Positions 1-7,665 of a stretch of DNA of 12,569 bases are shown in pieces. The first letter of the stretch is position 1. The number at the start of each line of letters is the position of its first letter. The stretch lies in contig JANLPS010000447.1 in assembly GCA_031367385.1 (NCBI GenBank), positions 1 through 12,569 of the forward strand, given 5' to 3'. The notes under the pieces are model-generated. The model saw only the letters and a list, made by a program, of their open reading frames with translations, was not told where the DNA came from and searched no databases. The translations under genes were made by a program, and so were the position numbers. This DNA comes from Archangium sp. Lineage in GTDB: Bacteria > Myxococcota > Myxococcia > Myxococcales > Myxococcaceae.

Positions 1-315
1 CTCGAGGTCGGCCAGCGCGTCGACCAGCAACGCCTTCAACTCCGGCGTAACGGCCTTCTTGGCACTCTCACACGACGCCAGCGCGCGGGCGCAGTCTCCC
101 ACCGGAGCACTCGGCGGCTTCCCCTTGGCGCCGGCAGTCCATTCTCCGCCGGAGCCGAAGCACCAGGTGGCGACCGAGTCGAGGCCGACCGACAGGGCGC
201 CTGACTTTTGCGCGAAGGCCTGCAGCGCCGACACGTCGCGGGTCGCAGGGCTCTCGCACTCGCTGGGCAGCGGCGAAGGAGCAGCACCGAGGAGAGCGAC
301 CCAAAGCAGAAGCAC
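1..315 (-). CDS. Secreted hypothetical protein, 5' part only (runs off the left window edge)
   Basis: Not in the ORF track. Manual translation from GTG at 315 gives MLLLWVALLGAAPSPLPSECESPATRDVSALQAFAQKSGALSVGLDSVATWCFGSGG...DCARALASCESAKKAVTPELKALLVDALADLE, open to position 1. An in-frame TAG lies 5 codons upstream of the GTG. The hydrophobic N-terminus ending in AAP looks like a signal peptide. Confidence 0.7.
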   Translation of the reverse strand, partial: MLLLWVALLGAAPSPLPSECESPATRDVSALQAFAQKSGALSVGLDSVATWCFGSGGEWTAGAKGKPPSAPVGDCARALASCESAKKAVTPELKALLVDALADLE

Positions 316-352
316 GGCCCCGGCACCCTACTCTCGTGGTTCGACAAGCTCA

Positions 353-389
353 CCATGAGAATCGGGGTGCTCCCATGCGAATCGGGGCG
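353..389. repeat. Two-copy direct repeat with 20-bp period (CCATGAGAATCGGGGTG / CCATGCGAATCGGGGCG)
   Basis: 353-369 and 373-389 match at 15/17 positions; intergenic between the 402 stop and the 315 start. Confidence 0.7.
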
Positions 390-401
390 TTCGGTGTCGG
401 C

Positions 402-980
402 CTACGGAGCTGACGGGCGACGCAGGGATGGTTGAGCCGCGACCTTCTCGAGCCTGCCCGCGACGAAGTCGCCCTCGAGGCCCACGGCGCGAAACCGGCC
501 GTCGGCGAGGAGCCAGCCGATGGCTTCACCGGCCTCGAACACCACGCCATCGACCGCCATGAGGGTGCGGCCGCCGACGACGATGCGCGAAGAAGGGCCG
601 CCTTTCGTGGCGCCGTGCAACCACACCGCGCCAAACGTGGTGTTCACGTTGCCGTTGAGGGTCTCGCCCTCGAGCTTCACCGAATAATCACCCACGGCGG
701 TCACGGTGCCGACCCGTTGGCCGTGGAGCCACAGCACTCCGTCGGCGACGTCGAGCCGGTGCTGGTTGATTCGAACTTGGCCGCTCGGCACCGCGGGTGC
801 GACCTGGCGCAACGCTGCCCGAATGAGGCCGCCCACGGTGCCGCGGTGGAGTTTACCATCGGGCCCGGCGACCTCGAACGCGCCACTCGCGCTGACCGTG
901 CCCACCCGCTTCTTGCCGAGAAACACGACGCCCTTTTGCATCGTGTACGCGGGCTGGGCGCTCTTCGCCGCCGCGCTCAC
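402..980 (-). CDS. Hypothetical protein made of three ~50-aa beta-rich repeats (192 aa)
   Basis: The GTG start overlaps the upstream stop (GTGA at 977-980), with GGAG upstream. Three internal repeats: KGVVFLGKKRVGTVSASGAFEV, DGVLWLHGQRVGTVTAVGDYSV, DGVVFEAGEAIGWLLADGRFRA. No signal peptide. Confidence 0.8.
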   Translation of the reverse strand: MSAAAKSAQPAYTMQKGVVFLGKKRVGTVSASGAFEVAGPDGKLHRGTVGGLIRAALRQVAPAVPSGQVRINQHRLDVADGVLWLHGQRVGTVTAVGDYSVKLEGETLNGNVNTTFGAVWLHGATKGGPSSRIVVGGRTLMAVDGVVFEAGEAIGWLLADGRFRAVGLEGDFVAGRLEKVAAQPSLRRPSAP

Positions 981-2755
981 GAGCCTCTCCGGCGAAGAAT
1001 CTCGACCAGGTTACTCAGCCGCTGCTTGTCTTGAAGCAAGCTCAGCGCCTCGGCGGCTTGTTTCTGGTTGGCGTCGAGGTTGGCGGTGAACGGCAGCAAG
1101 TGGTTCAGAACCCGCTCGGTCGGCACCGCCCGCGGAGACGGAAAGGCCTTCTCGTAGGCCTGCTTGATGGTCGCGGCCCAGGCGCTGGTCTGGGCGAGGT
1201 TCGAGGCGCTGGCCGCACCCGAGGCGAGCATTTGCTTGGCCCAGTCGGCGTTGACGCTGGTGAGGTCGACGCCTCGGGTGGCCAGGCTGGTCTTGCGCAA
1301 CCGTTCGAACGCTTCGGCATCGGCGGCCGTCTTGACGAAGTCCGGCTTCACGAGCGGCTTTCGCTCGTCGGCGATGTCTTGCTCCATCTTTCGACCCATC
1401 AACCCCTGCTTGGTGGGCGTCGCGGGCAGGTCACCGGCCGGAGCGCCATGCACGATCGGCGGCAGCTTCTTGAGCGATGCGCTGACGGCCTCGAAGTCGT
1501 CGTTGCTCTTTGATTTGAGGCTGGCGAGGCCCCGTCGCATGAGGTCGAGGTCGGTCGAGACCGTGACCCAGTACTCCCTTTCGCGCTGCGTCGGCTCGCG
1601 GCCGAGTGCCTTGAAGCGGTCGGTGAGCGCGGCGGCCTGGTCTCGAATGAGGGCCATGTATTCAGGTTGCTGCACCGACTTGGTGTAGCCGAACAGCTCG
1701 AGCTGACCTTGGTTCAGGTCGGCGCCGATCGCGTCGCGGTAGGTCTTCTTGAGCTCGGCGACGACCGCTGGAGACGCCCCGGAGGCCTCCGCGGCCGCCT
1801 GCGCCGCGACCCGGCTCGGGAGCGCGGGCAAAGTCTTGCCGTCCCACCACTTGCGCGACCCGTCGTCGTATTCGATGAAGTTCTTCTCGGGGTACATCGA
1901 GTTCGTCGAAATCGTGATGGCCTTCACCTCTTTGCCATCGGCCCCGACCTTCAGGTTGCCCTCGGCATACTCGAGAATCTGGTACCCGTCGGTCTCGCCC
2001 TTCGCGTTTCTATGCGAGAGGGCTTTGTTGCCGAACGCGTCGATGAACTCATCGGTTTTGAGCCCCTGCGCGGCCCGGTCGGCCTCGATTTTCGCCGTCA
2101 TCGCCGGAGTCGGCTTCAGCAATGAAGAAAACGGACCCGCGGGCTGCGGCCGATCGCCCGGCCACAACGCGTACACCGCCGCCAAATCATTCAGCTTGCC
2201 TGAGCTCTCGACCCCGCCCACCTTGACCTTGAAGCTGATCTGCCCGTCGGGGTCGGTCGAAACGGTGCCGACCTTGACTCCCCGCTGGCCCGCGACCCCC
2301 GGAGCTGAGTCGTAGACCTCGCCTTTCTCGGCGAAATAGATGGTGCCGTTCACTTGAACTTGACCGGTCAAGCTGGCTCTTGGCTCCGTCGATGCGCGTT
2401 CGACAACGGAGTGAACCTCCTGACCGCTGCTCAACCGACCATCGACGTGGGCGCCGATCAAATCGGCGACCTCGAGGGTCTGGCCATCGACTCCGGTGAA
2501 GTGACCTGAGTCGTTCACGGTGCCGATGCTCTTCTCGCCGTCGAACACCTGGCCGTGGTCGACGGTGTAGTCTTTGCCGGCATACGAAACGGTGCCTGAC
2601 GGCCCATCGACTCGACTCGCCGCATCAAAGCCCGAGCTGGCCTCGTGGCCGGTGCTGACTTGAGCGGGTGGAGCAGCCGGGGTGTCGGTGACCGGCGCCG
2701 CGTCGGGTGAAAGCTCCACTTGCCCAGTGCCAGATCCAACGGCTCCAATTCCCAT
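977..2755 (-). CDS. Hypothetical protein (592 aa): disordered Pro/Ala/Ser N-terminus, two beta-repeats, helical C-terminal region
   Basis: Long ORF with GC-rich third positions and a GGAGG RBS 8 nt before ATG 2755. Residues ~54-200 carry two copies of the repeat found in 402..980. No catalytic motif recognised. Confidence 0.85.
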   Translation of the reverse strand: MGIGAVGSGTGQVELSPDAAPVTDTPAAPPAQVSTGHEASSGFDAASRVDGPSGTVSYAGKDYTVDHGQVFDGEKSIGTVNDSGHFTGVDGQTLEVADLIGAHVDGRLSSGQEVHSVVERASTEPRASLTGQVQVNGTIYFAEKGEVYDSAPGVAGQRGVKVGTVSTDPDGQISFKVKVGGVESSGKLNDLAAVYALWPGDRPQPAGPFSSLLKPTPAMTAKIEADRAAQGLKTDEFIDAFGNKALSHRNAKGETDGYQILEYAEGNLKVGADGKEVKAITISTNSMYPEKNFIEYDDGSRKWWDGKTLPALPSRVAAQAAAEASGASPAVVAELKKTYRDAIGADLNQGQLELFGYTKSVQQPEYMALIRDQAAALTDRFKALGREPTQREREYWVTVSTDLDLMRRGLASLKSKSNDDFEAVSASLKKLPPIVHGAPAGDLPATPTKQGLMGRKMEQDIADERKPLVKPDFVKTAADAEAFERLRKTSLATRGVDLTSVNADWAKQMLASGAASASNLAQTSAWAATIKQAYEKAFPSPRAVPTERVLNHLLPFTANLDANQKQAAEALSLLQDKQRLSNLVEILRRRGS

Positions 2756-2906
2756 GGGTTACGCCTCCGCCTGCATCGTTCTGACGTCTCGAAGACCGAG
2801 AAATCGGTGCTGCTCTGAGAGAGTGACCCCGCGAGGCGAAAACCGTCCCACATGTCGTACGATTCTTGACCCGGGACGGTCGGGCGTCGGTGGTGTCTGG
2901 AAATGT

Positions 2907-4445
2907 ATGATGACGCGACCGACGGTTCTTCTGGGTGTGGTGATGCTGGGTATCGCGTGTGGGGCTGATCGGCTGGTGGTGTCTGAAGACCAACTGATCG
3001 CGCCGACCCTGCTCGACTTAAAAGCCGTGCCCGTTGGCCTCTCGGTGGCGCTGCCGGTCACCCTGACGAACCTCGGGGCCCGGCCGATCTTCGTGAGCTC
3101 GGTGAGCTTCGACGCAGCGGCGTTCTCTGGCCCGCAGAAGACGCTGGTGGTGCCGGCGGGCGAATCGATTGCGCCGCTCTTCTCATTCTCGCCCACGAAG
3201 GTGGGTGAGCTGGGCGGCTTCGCCGTCTTGTCGACCAGCGCGGGGCTCGTCACCGTGTCGCTTCGAGGCCAAGGCGTGCCTCGAGAGGTGTGCGAGCCGT
3301 GTTCGAGCCCACCGAAGCGCTTCTGTGCAACAGCGCAGACCCTGATCACCTACGAAGCCGCCGGCGACTGCATCGAGGGTGGGTGCCAATTCAAGGCCGC
3401 CAGCCACATCTGCTCGGGCGCTTGCGACGAGTCGACGCGGGCGTGTGTCGAAGCAGACGCGGGCAGGCGCGATGCCGGGGTCTTCTCGTCGGGCGGCTTC
3501 GACGCGGGTATGCCGAGAGGCGATGCTGGTTCGCCGGTCGCCGACGCGGGGCCAGCCGACACGGGGCCCCACGGGCACTTCGACATGTTCGACGGCGGCG
3601 AATACACCTGGGAGCCTCCCGCGGGCGTCACCAAGGCGCGCTTTCACGGGTGCGGTGCAGGCGGCGCGGGCGGCTCGGTCAGCGGCGCGACCGGCGGTGG
3701 CGCAGCCTGCGGAGAAGCCAACTTCCCCGTCGTGCCCGGGCGCGTGGTCAGAATTCGAGTCGGCGTCGGAGGCCAGCAACCGGGCAATGGCGGCGGCGCC
3801 ACCAGTCTGTATTTTACGAATTCGGGCAACCTGGAGGACTTCATCTTGGGAGGCGGCGGTGGCGGCGGCAACGGGTGCGCGGGCTGCGCTGGCCACTTCG
3901 GCGGCAAGGGCGGCGCCGCGGGCGATGAGCGCGGCCAAGATGGTGAAGTCTACTTCGGCTCGGGCAGCGTCTGCTCGACCGCGCGCGGCGGGTTGGGAGG
4001 CAGAGAAGAGGGCGGCCCCATTTACGGCACCGGCGGGCTCGGCGGAGAGCTGCCCGGCGGCACCGGAGGCCTGCGCTGCGCCGGCGGGTTCGGCAGCCGA
4101 CTGCACGGAGGCCCCTCGAAGACCGTCAACGGCAGCGTCTGCGACGTCAACTCCGGAGCCTTCATGTGGATGGAAGGCGGCAGTGAGCCGGGGGGCGGCG
4201 GTGGCGGTGGTGCGGGTGCCTTCGGCGGAGGTGGCGGCGGCTTCGTGAAAGATCTCTGTGGTGGCGGCGGCGGCGGAGGCTCGAGCGTGCTGATCGGGCC
4301 CAGCGCGATCATCTACCGTGGCGACGGCCCCACGCCCGGGTTCTTTTCGTTCGGCCGCCCCGGTGCTGGCACTGGCGGGCAACCCGCGCTCGATGCGTCT
4401 TCGAGCTTCAAAGGCGCTGACGGCTACGTGCTGATCGAGTGGTGA
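2907..4445 (+). CDS. Lipoprotein with Ig-like (ASH/choice-of-anchor D-like) domain, Cys-rich segment, DAG linker and C-terminal glycine-rich domain
   Basis: Start moved from track 2682 to ATG 2907 (or 2910), giving MMTRPTVLLGVVMLGIAC with a lipobox. VTLTNLG...VVPAGES...FSFSPT...VSLRGQG is Ig-like. YTWEPPAGVTKARFHGCGAGGAGG...IRVGVGG...GGGGGS...GADGYVLIEW matches the glycine-rich domain pattern. Confidence 0.85.
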   Translation: MMTRPTVLLGVVMLGIACGADRLVVSEDQLIAPTLLDLKAVPVGLSVALPVTLTNLGARPIFVSSVSFDAAAFSGPQKTLVVPAGESIAPLFSFSPTKVGELGGFAVLSTSAGLVTVSLRGQGVPREVCEPCSSPPKRFCATAQTLITYEAAGDCIEGGCQFKAASHICSGACDESTRACVEADAGRRDAGVFSSGGFDAGMPRGDAGSPVADAGPADTGPHGHFDMFDGGEYTWEPPAGVTKARFHGCGAGGAGGSVSGATGGGAACGEANFPVVPGRVVRIRVGVGGQQPGNGGGATSLYFTNSGNLEDFILGGGGGGGNGCAGCAGHFGGKGGAAGDERGQDGEVYFGSGSVCSTARGGLGGREEGGPIYGTGGLGGELPGGTGGLRCAGGFGSRLHGGPSKTVNGSVCDVNSGAFMWMEGGSEPGGGGGGGAGAFGGGGGGFVKDLCGGGGGGGSSVLIGPSAIIYRGDGPTPGFFSFGRPGAGTGGQPALDASSSFKGADGYVLIEW

Positions 4446-4448
4446 GCG

Positions 4449-5591
4449 CTACGAGGCGCGAAAGGCCTGCTCCAGGTCGTCGATCAAGTCGCTCACGTCT
4501 TCGACGCCAACCGACAAGCGAATCAACCCATCGCTGATGCCGAGCTTCTCGCGGTTCTCTTTGGGTATCGACGCGTGGGTCATGATCGCCGGGTGCTCGA
4601 TCAGCGACTCGACGCCGCCGAGCGACTCGGCGCAGGCGAAGATCTTCACCGTCTTCAGAAACTTTCGCGCGACCTCGAGCCCCCCCTTCATCTCGAAGGT
4701 CATCATGCCGCCGAAGCCGCTCATCTGCTTCTTGGCCAGCGCGTGCTGCGGGTGGGTGGTCAACCCCGGGTAGGTCACCTTGTTCACCTTGGGCTGCTTC
4801 AAGAGCCACTCGGCCAACTTCATCGCGCTCTGAGCATGCCGCTCCATGCGCAGGTGCAAGGTCTTCACCCCGCGAAGCACCAGAAAGCTGTCCATCGGGC
4901 CGGGCACTCCGCCGGCGGCGTTCTGGTGAAAGAAGATCTTCTCGCTCAAGGCCGTGTCGTTGGTCGCGGTGAAGCCACCCACGCAATCGGAGTGGCCGTT
5001 CAAATACTTGGTCGTCGAATGGGTGACGATGTCGAAGCCCAACGCGAGGGGCTTCTGAAAATACGGCGTCATGAAGGTGTTGTCGCAGACGCTGATCAGC
5101 TTGTGCTTCTTGGCGATCTCGGCCGACGCGACGAGGTCGATGAGCTTGAGCATCGGGTTGGTCGGTGTCTCGACCCACAACATCTTGGTCTTCGGCGTAA
5201 TCGCCGCTTCGATGTTCTTGGGGTTCGTCATGTCGACGAACGAGAAGCTGAGCCCGTGGCGCCTGAAGACCTTGTCGAAGAGTCGAAAGGTACCGCCGTA
5301 CACGTCATCACTGACGACCACGTGATCGCCCGCGTCGAGCAGGTACATCAAGGTGGTGGTGGCGGCGAGGCCCGAGGCGAAGGCGGCTCCGTACTTGGCG
5401 CCCTCGAGCGCGGCGAGGCAGTCTTCGAGCGCCTGCCGGGTCGGGTTCTTGGTGCGCGAGTACTCGTACCCCTTGTGCTCGCCGGGGCCGTCTTGCACGT
5501 AGGTCGACGTGAAATACACCGGAGTCATGATGGCTCCAGTGGTCGGGTCGGGGTGCTGGCCGGCGTGAATGGCGAGAGTGTCGAAGCGCAT
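4449..5591 (-). CDS. metB: Cystathionine gamma-synthase / gamma-lyase family PLP enzyme (Cys/Met metabolism)
   Basis: Motifs MRFDTLAIHAGQ, YEYSRTKNPT, FASGLAA, DVYGGT, ETPTNP, DNTF, HSTTKYLNGHSD (PLP lysine), ESLGGVESL and IRLSVGVE. Start taken as ATG 5591. Synthase versus lyase specificity cannot be resolved by eye. Confidence 0.93.
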   Translation of the reverse strand: MRFDTLAIHAGQHPDPTTGAIMTPVYFTSTYVQDGPGEHKGYEYSRTKNPTRQALEDCLAALEGAKYGAAFASGLAATTTLMYLLDAGDHVVVSDDVYGGTFRLFDKVFRRHGLSFSFVDMTNPKNIEAAITPKTKMLWVETPTNPMLKLIDLVASAEIAKKHKLISVCDNTFMTPYFQKPLALGFDIVTHSTTKYLNGHSDCVGGFTATNDTALSEKIFFHQNAAGGVPGPMDSFLVLRGVKTLHLRMERHAQSAMKLAEWLLKQPKVNKVTYPGLTTHPQHALAKKQMSGFGGMMTFEMKGGLEVARKFLKTVKIFACAESLGGVESLIEHPAIMTHASIPKENREKLGISDGLIRLSVGVEDVSDLIDDLEQAFRAS

Positions 5592-5640
5592 GGCCTCGAC
5601 ACACCACAAACACGCGGCTTCAGTCTACTCCTTCAACGCG

Positions 5641-6369
5641 TTAGCCCGTCGGAGCGATGGGCTCGGGCGTCACCGCGCGGCGCTTGAACGAGCGCGAGAC
5701 CAACGAGGGCACGTGCTCGTCGACCGCGCGGCCGAAGATTCGCACGGCGTCTTGCCAGAGCACCTCGTGTTGGCGCTGCACCAACACCCAGACCCGTGAC
5801 TCGTGGTCGAGCGCCTGGTCGAGCTCGAGATTCGGGCGCGCGGCGGTGCCGGTGGGCTTGAGCAGGGCGAGTGCGTTTCTCGCGCGCTCGACCTTCTCAT
5901 CGAGCGAGGCCATGGAGCCCACGAAGGCGCCCTTGACCGAGGGGTACTGCTCGACCAGAGCGGCGATGGCGAGCACGTCTTCGGCGGCGTCGATCTTGCC
6001 GGTGCCTTCCCTGATCCGGTCGACGATGTTCATCGGCACGAGCCCCGCCATGCCCCAGACAGTGAGCTGGGCCATCAGCTGCTCGCGGTCGGCGTAGACC
6101 GGGGTCACGAGCGCCTGAACGCCTTTCGACGAGGGCCGCGCGTGTGAAACGCGGCGGTTCGCATCAGCCAGCGCATCGAGCAACGAGAGCAGCTTCGGGG
6201 CGGCGGGTCTGTAGTCGACGAGAATGCGCTTGAGTGCCCGGTGGTGGGGCTCGACGACGTCGATGCCGATGAGTGCATTCTGCTTCACCACACCGAAGCT
6301 CCAGACGAAAATCTTGAGATCAGCGGGGCTGAGGGCGGCGAGGTCTTTGACGAGGTTTTTTGACGACAT
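5641..6369 (-). CDS. Hypothetical alpha-helical protein (242 aa)
   Basis: Start moved from track 6504 to ATG 6369 (MSSKNLVKDL), which has an AAGGAG RBS 6 nt upstream. Amphipathic helical pattern; C-terminal RVWVLVQRQHEVLWQDAVRIFGRAVDEHVPSLVSR. Confidence 0.8.
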   Translation of the reverse strand: MSSKNLVKDLAALSPADLKIFVWSFGVVKQNALIGIDVVEPHHRALKRILVDYRPAAPKLLSLLDALADANRRVSHARPSSKGVQALVTPVYADREQLMAQLTVWGMAGLVPMNIVDRIREGTGKIDAAEDVLAIAALVEQYPSVKGAFVGSMASLDEKVERARNALALLKPTGTAARPNLELDQALDHESRVWVLVQRQHEVLWQDAVRIFGRAVDEHVPSLVSRSFKRRAVTPEPIAPTG

Positions 6370-6466
6370 GGAGTGCTCCTTGGTGCGACGGGTGAGCCCT
6401 CTCGACGCAGCCCCTCGCCGCACATTCACGCACCTCCACTCTTTTTCTCGGCCTCTCGCCAAACCT

Positions 6467-6495
6467 CCAGAACCAGGCTGGTTTTCAGAGCGAAA
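6467..6495 (+). repeat. Left copy of a 29-bp imperfect direct repeat; contains palindrome AACCAG-G-CTGGTT (6471-6483)
   Basis: CCAGAACCAGGCTGGTTTTCAGAGCGAAA aligns with 7618-7645 at 25/29 positions with one gap. Confidence 0.7.
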
Positions 6496-6532
6496 GGGCT
6501 TCATGCGTCTGGCTCCAGAAGCGTGTTGACCC

Positions 6533-6538
6533 TACACT
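6533..6538 (+). promoter_or_regulatory. Possible -10 box (TACACT) for a leaderless transcript starting at GTG 6546
   Basis: TACACT ends 7 nt before the GTG, and there is no Shine-Dalgarno upstream of 6546. No good -35 at canonical spacing. Confidence 0.35.
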
Positions 6539-6545
6539 TTGAACG

Positions 6546-7064
6546 GTGCCCCCTTCATTTGGAGAGCTCAGCACCACGCCTCGCCATCGCTCATTTTTTC
6601 GTGAGCGCCTTCAGCGATTGGCTGGCGTGCGTGCGCTCGACGACTGGCTCGTCGAAGAGGCGAACCTCCGCGGTCACTTCGGCGCGTTGGGCGGCGCACC
6701 GATGAATCGACGCCCCACGCAAGAGCTCTCAGACGAGGCGCTCATCGTCGCCGTCTTGATGCCGCACACGCCGGCCGATGGGCGGCTCTTCAAGCTGGTC
6801 GTCCGAATGATGCAGCGCAGTCAGCTCGACGCTGCTCGCCTGTGGCTCATCGCCAAGAGAGAGCAGGCTGATGGCCTCCTCTTCTGGCTTCTTCAACAGG
6901 TGCCCGCGCAAGAGAAGACCGAGTCGCTCCACGCGATCATCGCCTCCCACCCGAACGCGCCTCGAAATCTTCACCCGCTGCGTTACGAGTACGATGCCAC
7001 TCGTCTGCTCCGGCGCCCGGCCACAAAGGAGTCGGTATGCAAAGCGGCCCGGAGATCATCTTAA
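6546..7064 (+). CDS. Hypothetical helical protein, putative partner/antitoxin of the downstream nucleotidyltransferase (172 aa)
   Basis: Overlaps the downstream gene by 28 nt. Helical segment LSDEALIVAVL...RLFKLVVRMMQRSQLDAARLWLIAKREQ. The antitoxin role is inferred from position only, and the start codon is uncertain. Confidence 0.7.
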   Translation: MPPSFGELSTTPRHRSFFRERLQRLAGVRALDDWLVEEANLRGHFGALGGAPMNRRPTQELSDEALIVAVLMPHTPADGRLFKLVVRMMQRSQLDAARLWLIAKREQADGLLFWLLQQVPAQEKTESLHAIIASHPNAPRNLHPLRYEYDATRLLRRPATKESVCKAARRSS

Positions 7065-7600
7065 GAGCGCTCGACGCTCATCTGACCGGCGTGGGTGAAG
7101 TTCGACTCTTCGGCGGCGCAGCGCTGGTGCTGGCCTACGGCCGAAATCGAATGACCGAAGACGCTGATCTCTTGATGGATGATCTCGAGTGCCAGGCCCT
7201 CATCGATGACGCCGGTTTTGCCGAAGCGATCGAAGCGACCAACCAGGCACTCGAGCCGCAGGGCCTGTATCTCTCGCACATCTTCGGCCCTGAGCAGCAG
7301 GTGCTCTCGCCCACGTGGCGAAGCGCGTGCCGGCCGATTGACCTCGGAGGGCTACGGTATCTCCGCCTCACCTGTCTGGGCCCCACCGACCTGCTGCTCA
7401 CCAAGCTGGGCCGCGGCGACGGTGACGACATGGCCGATATTCGTCATCTCATCGAGTCGCAGGGGCTCGAGCCGAACGCCATTCGTGAGGCGGTCAAGAC
7501 GGCGGTCGTCCCTCCCGAATACGCCGAGCTCTTCGTTACGAGTACCGCGAAGCTCGAGGCGCTCCTGGGCGAGCTCGGGAGCGTCGGCGCGAAGCCGTGA
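7037..7600 (+). CDS. DUF6036 / AbiEii-like DNA polymerase-beta-fold nucleotidyltransferase (putative toxin, 187 aa)
   Basis: AAGGAG RBS at 7026-7031. Motifs VRLFGGAAL, RMTEDADL (DxD) and DLLLTKLGRGDGDDMADI (KL...D..D) follow the AbiEii/DUF1814/DUF6036 pattern. Confidence 0.85.
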   Translation: MQSGPEIILRALDAHLTGVGEVRLFGGAALVLAYGRNRMTEDADLLMDDLECQALIDDAGFAEAIEATNQALEPQGLYLSHIFGPEQQVLSPTWRSACRPIDLGGLRYLRLTCLGPTDLLLTKLGRGDGDDMADIRHLIESQGLEPNAIREAVKTAVVPPEYAELFVTSTAKLEALLGELGSVGAKP

Positions 7601-7617
7601 GGGTTTTGTTCAAGCAC

Positions 7618-7645
7618 CCAGAACAAGGCTGACTTTCAAGCGAAA
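7618..7645 (+). repeat. Right copy of the 29-bp imperfect direct repeat
   Basis: CCAGAACAAGGCTGACTTTCA-AGCGAAA versus 6467-6495; begins 17 nt after the nucleotidyltransferase stop. Confidence 0.7.
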
Positions 7646-7665
7646 AGTTGCCTCTGGTGGTTACT

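Noticed and set aside
36..356. 106-aa minus ORF from the track
   Set aside because: Arg/Pro/Ser-rich shadow frame; the alternative frame from GTG 315 gives a signal peptide and normal composition.
2795..2811. Small hairpin ACCGA-GAAA-TCGGT and a 12-nt reverse-complement match (AGCACCGATTTC) to the first 42-bp repeat unit
   Set aside because: A 5-bp stem and a single 12-mer match are expected by chance in a window this size.
2682..2906. Track start of the 587-aa ORF
   Set aside because: It would overlap the divergent gene start at 2755 and bury the lipoprotein signal that begins at 2907/2910.
5622..5627. TAGACT -10-like hexamer upstream of metB on the minus strand
   Set aside because: Plausible, but there is no supporting -35 and a hexamer alone is insufficient evidence.
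3183..5687. Long antisense or alternative-frame ORFs (3183..4382, 4408..5178, 4575..5687 and others)
   Set aside because: Typical high-GC shadow ORFs over well-supported genes; no motifs.
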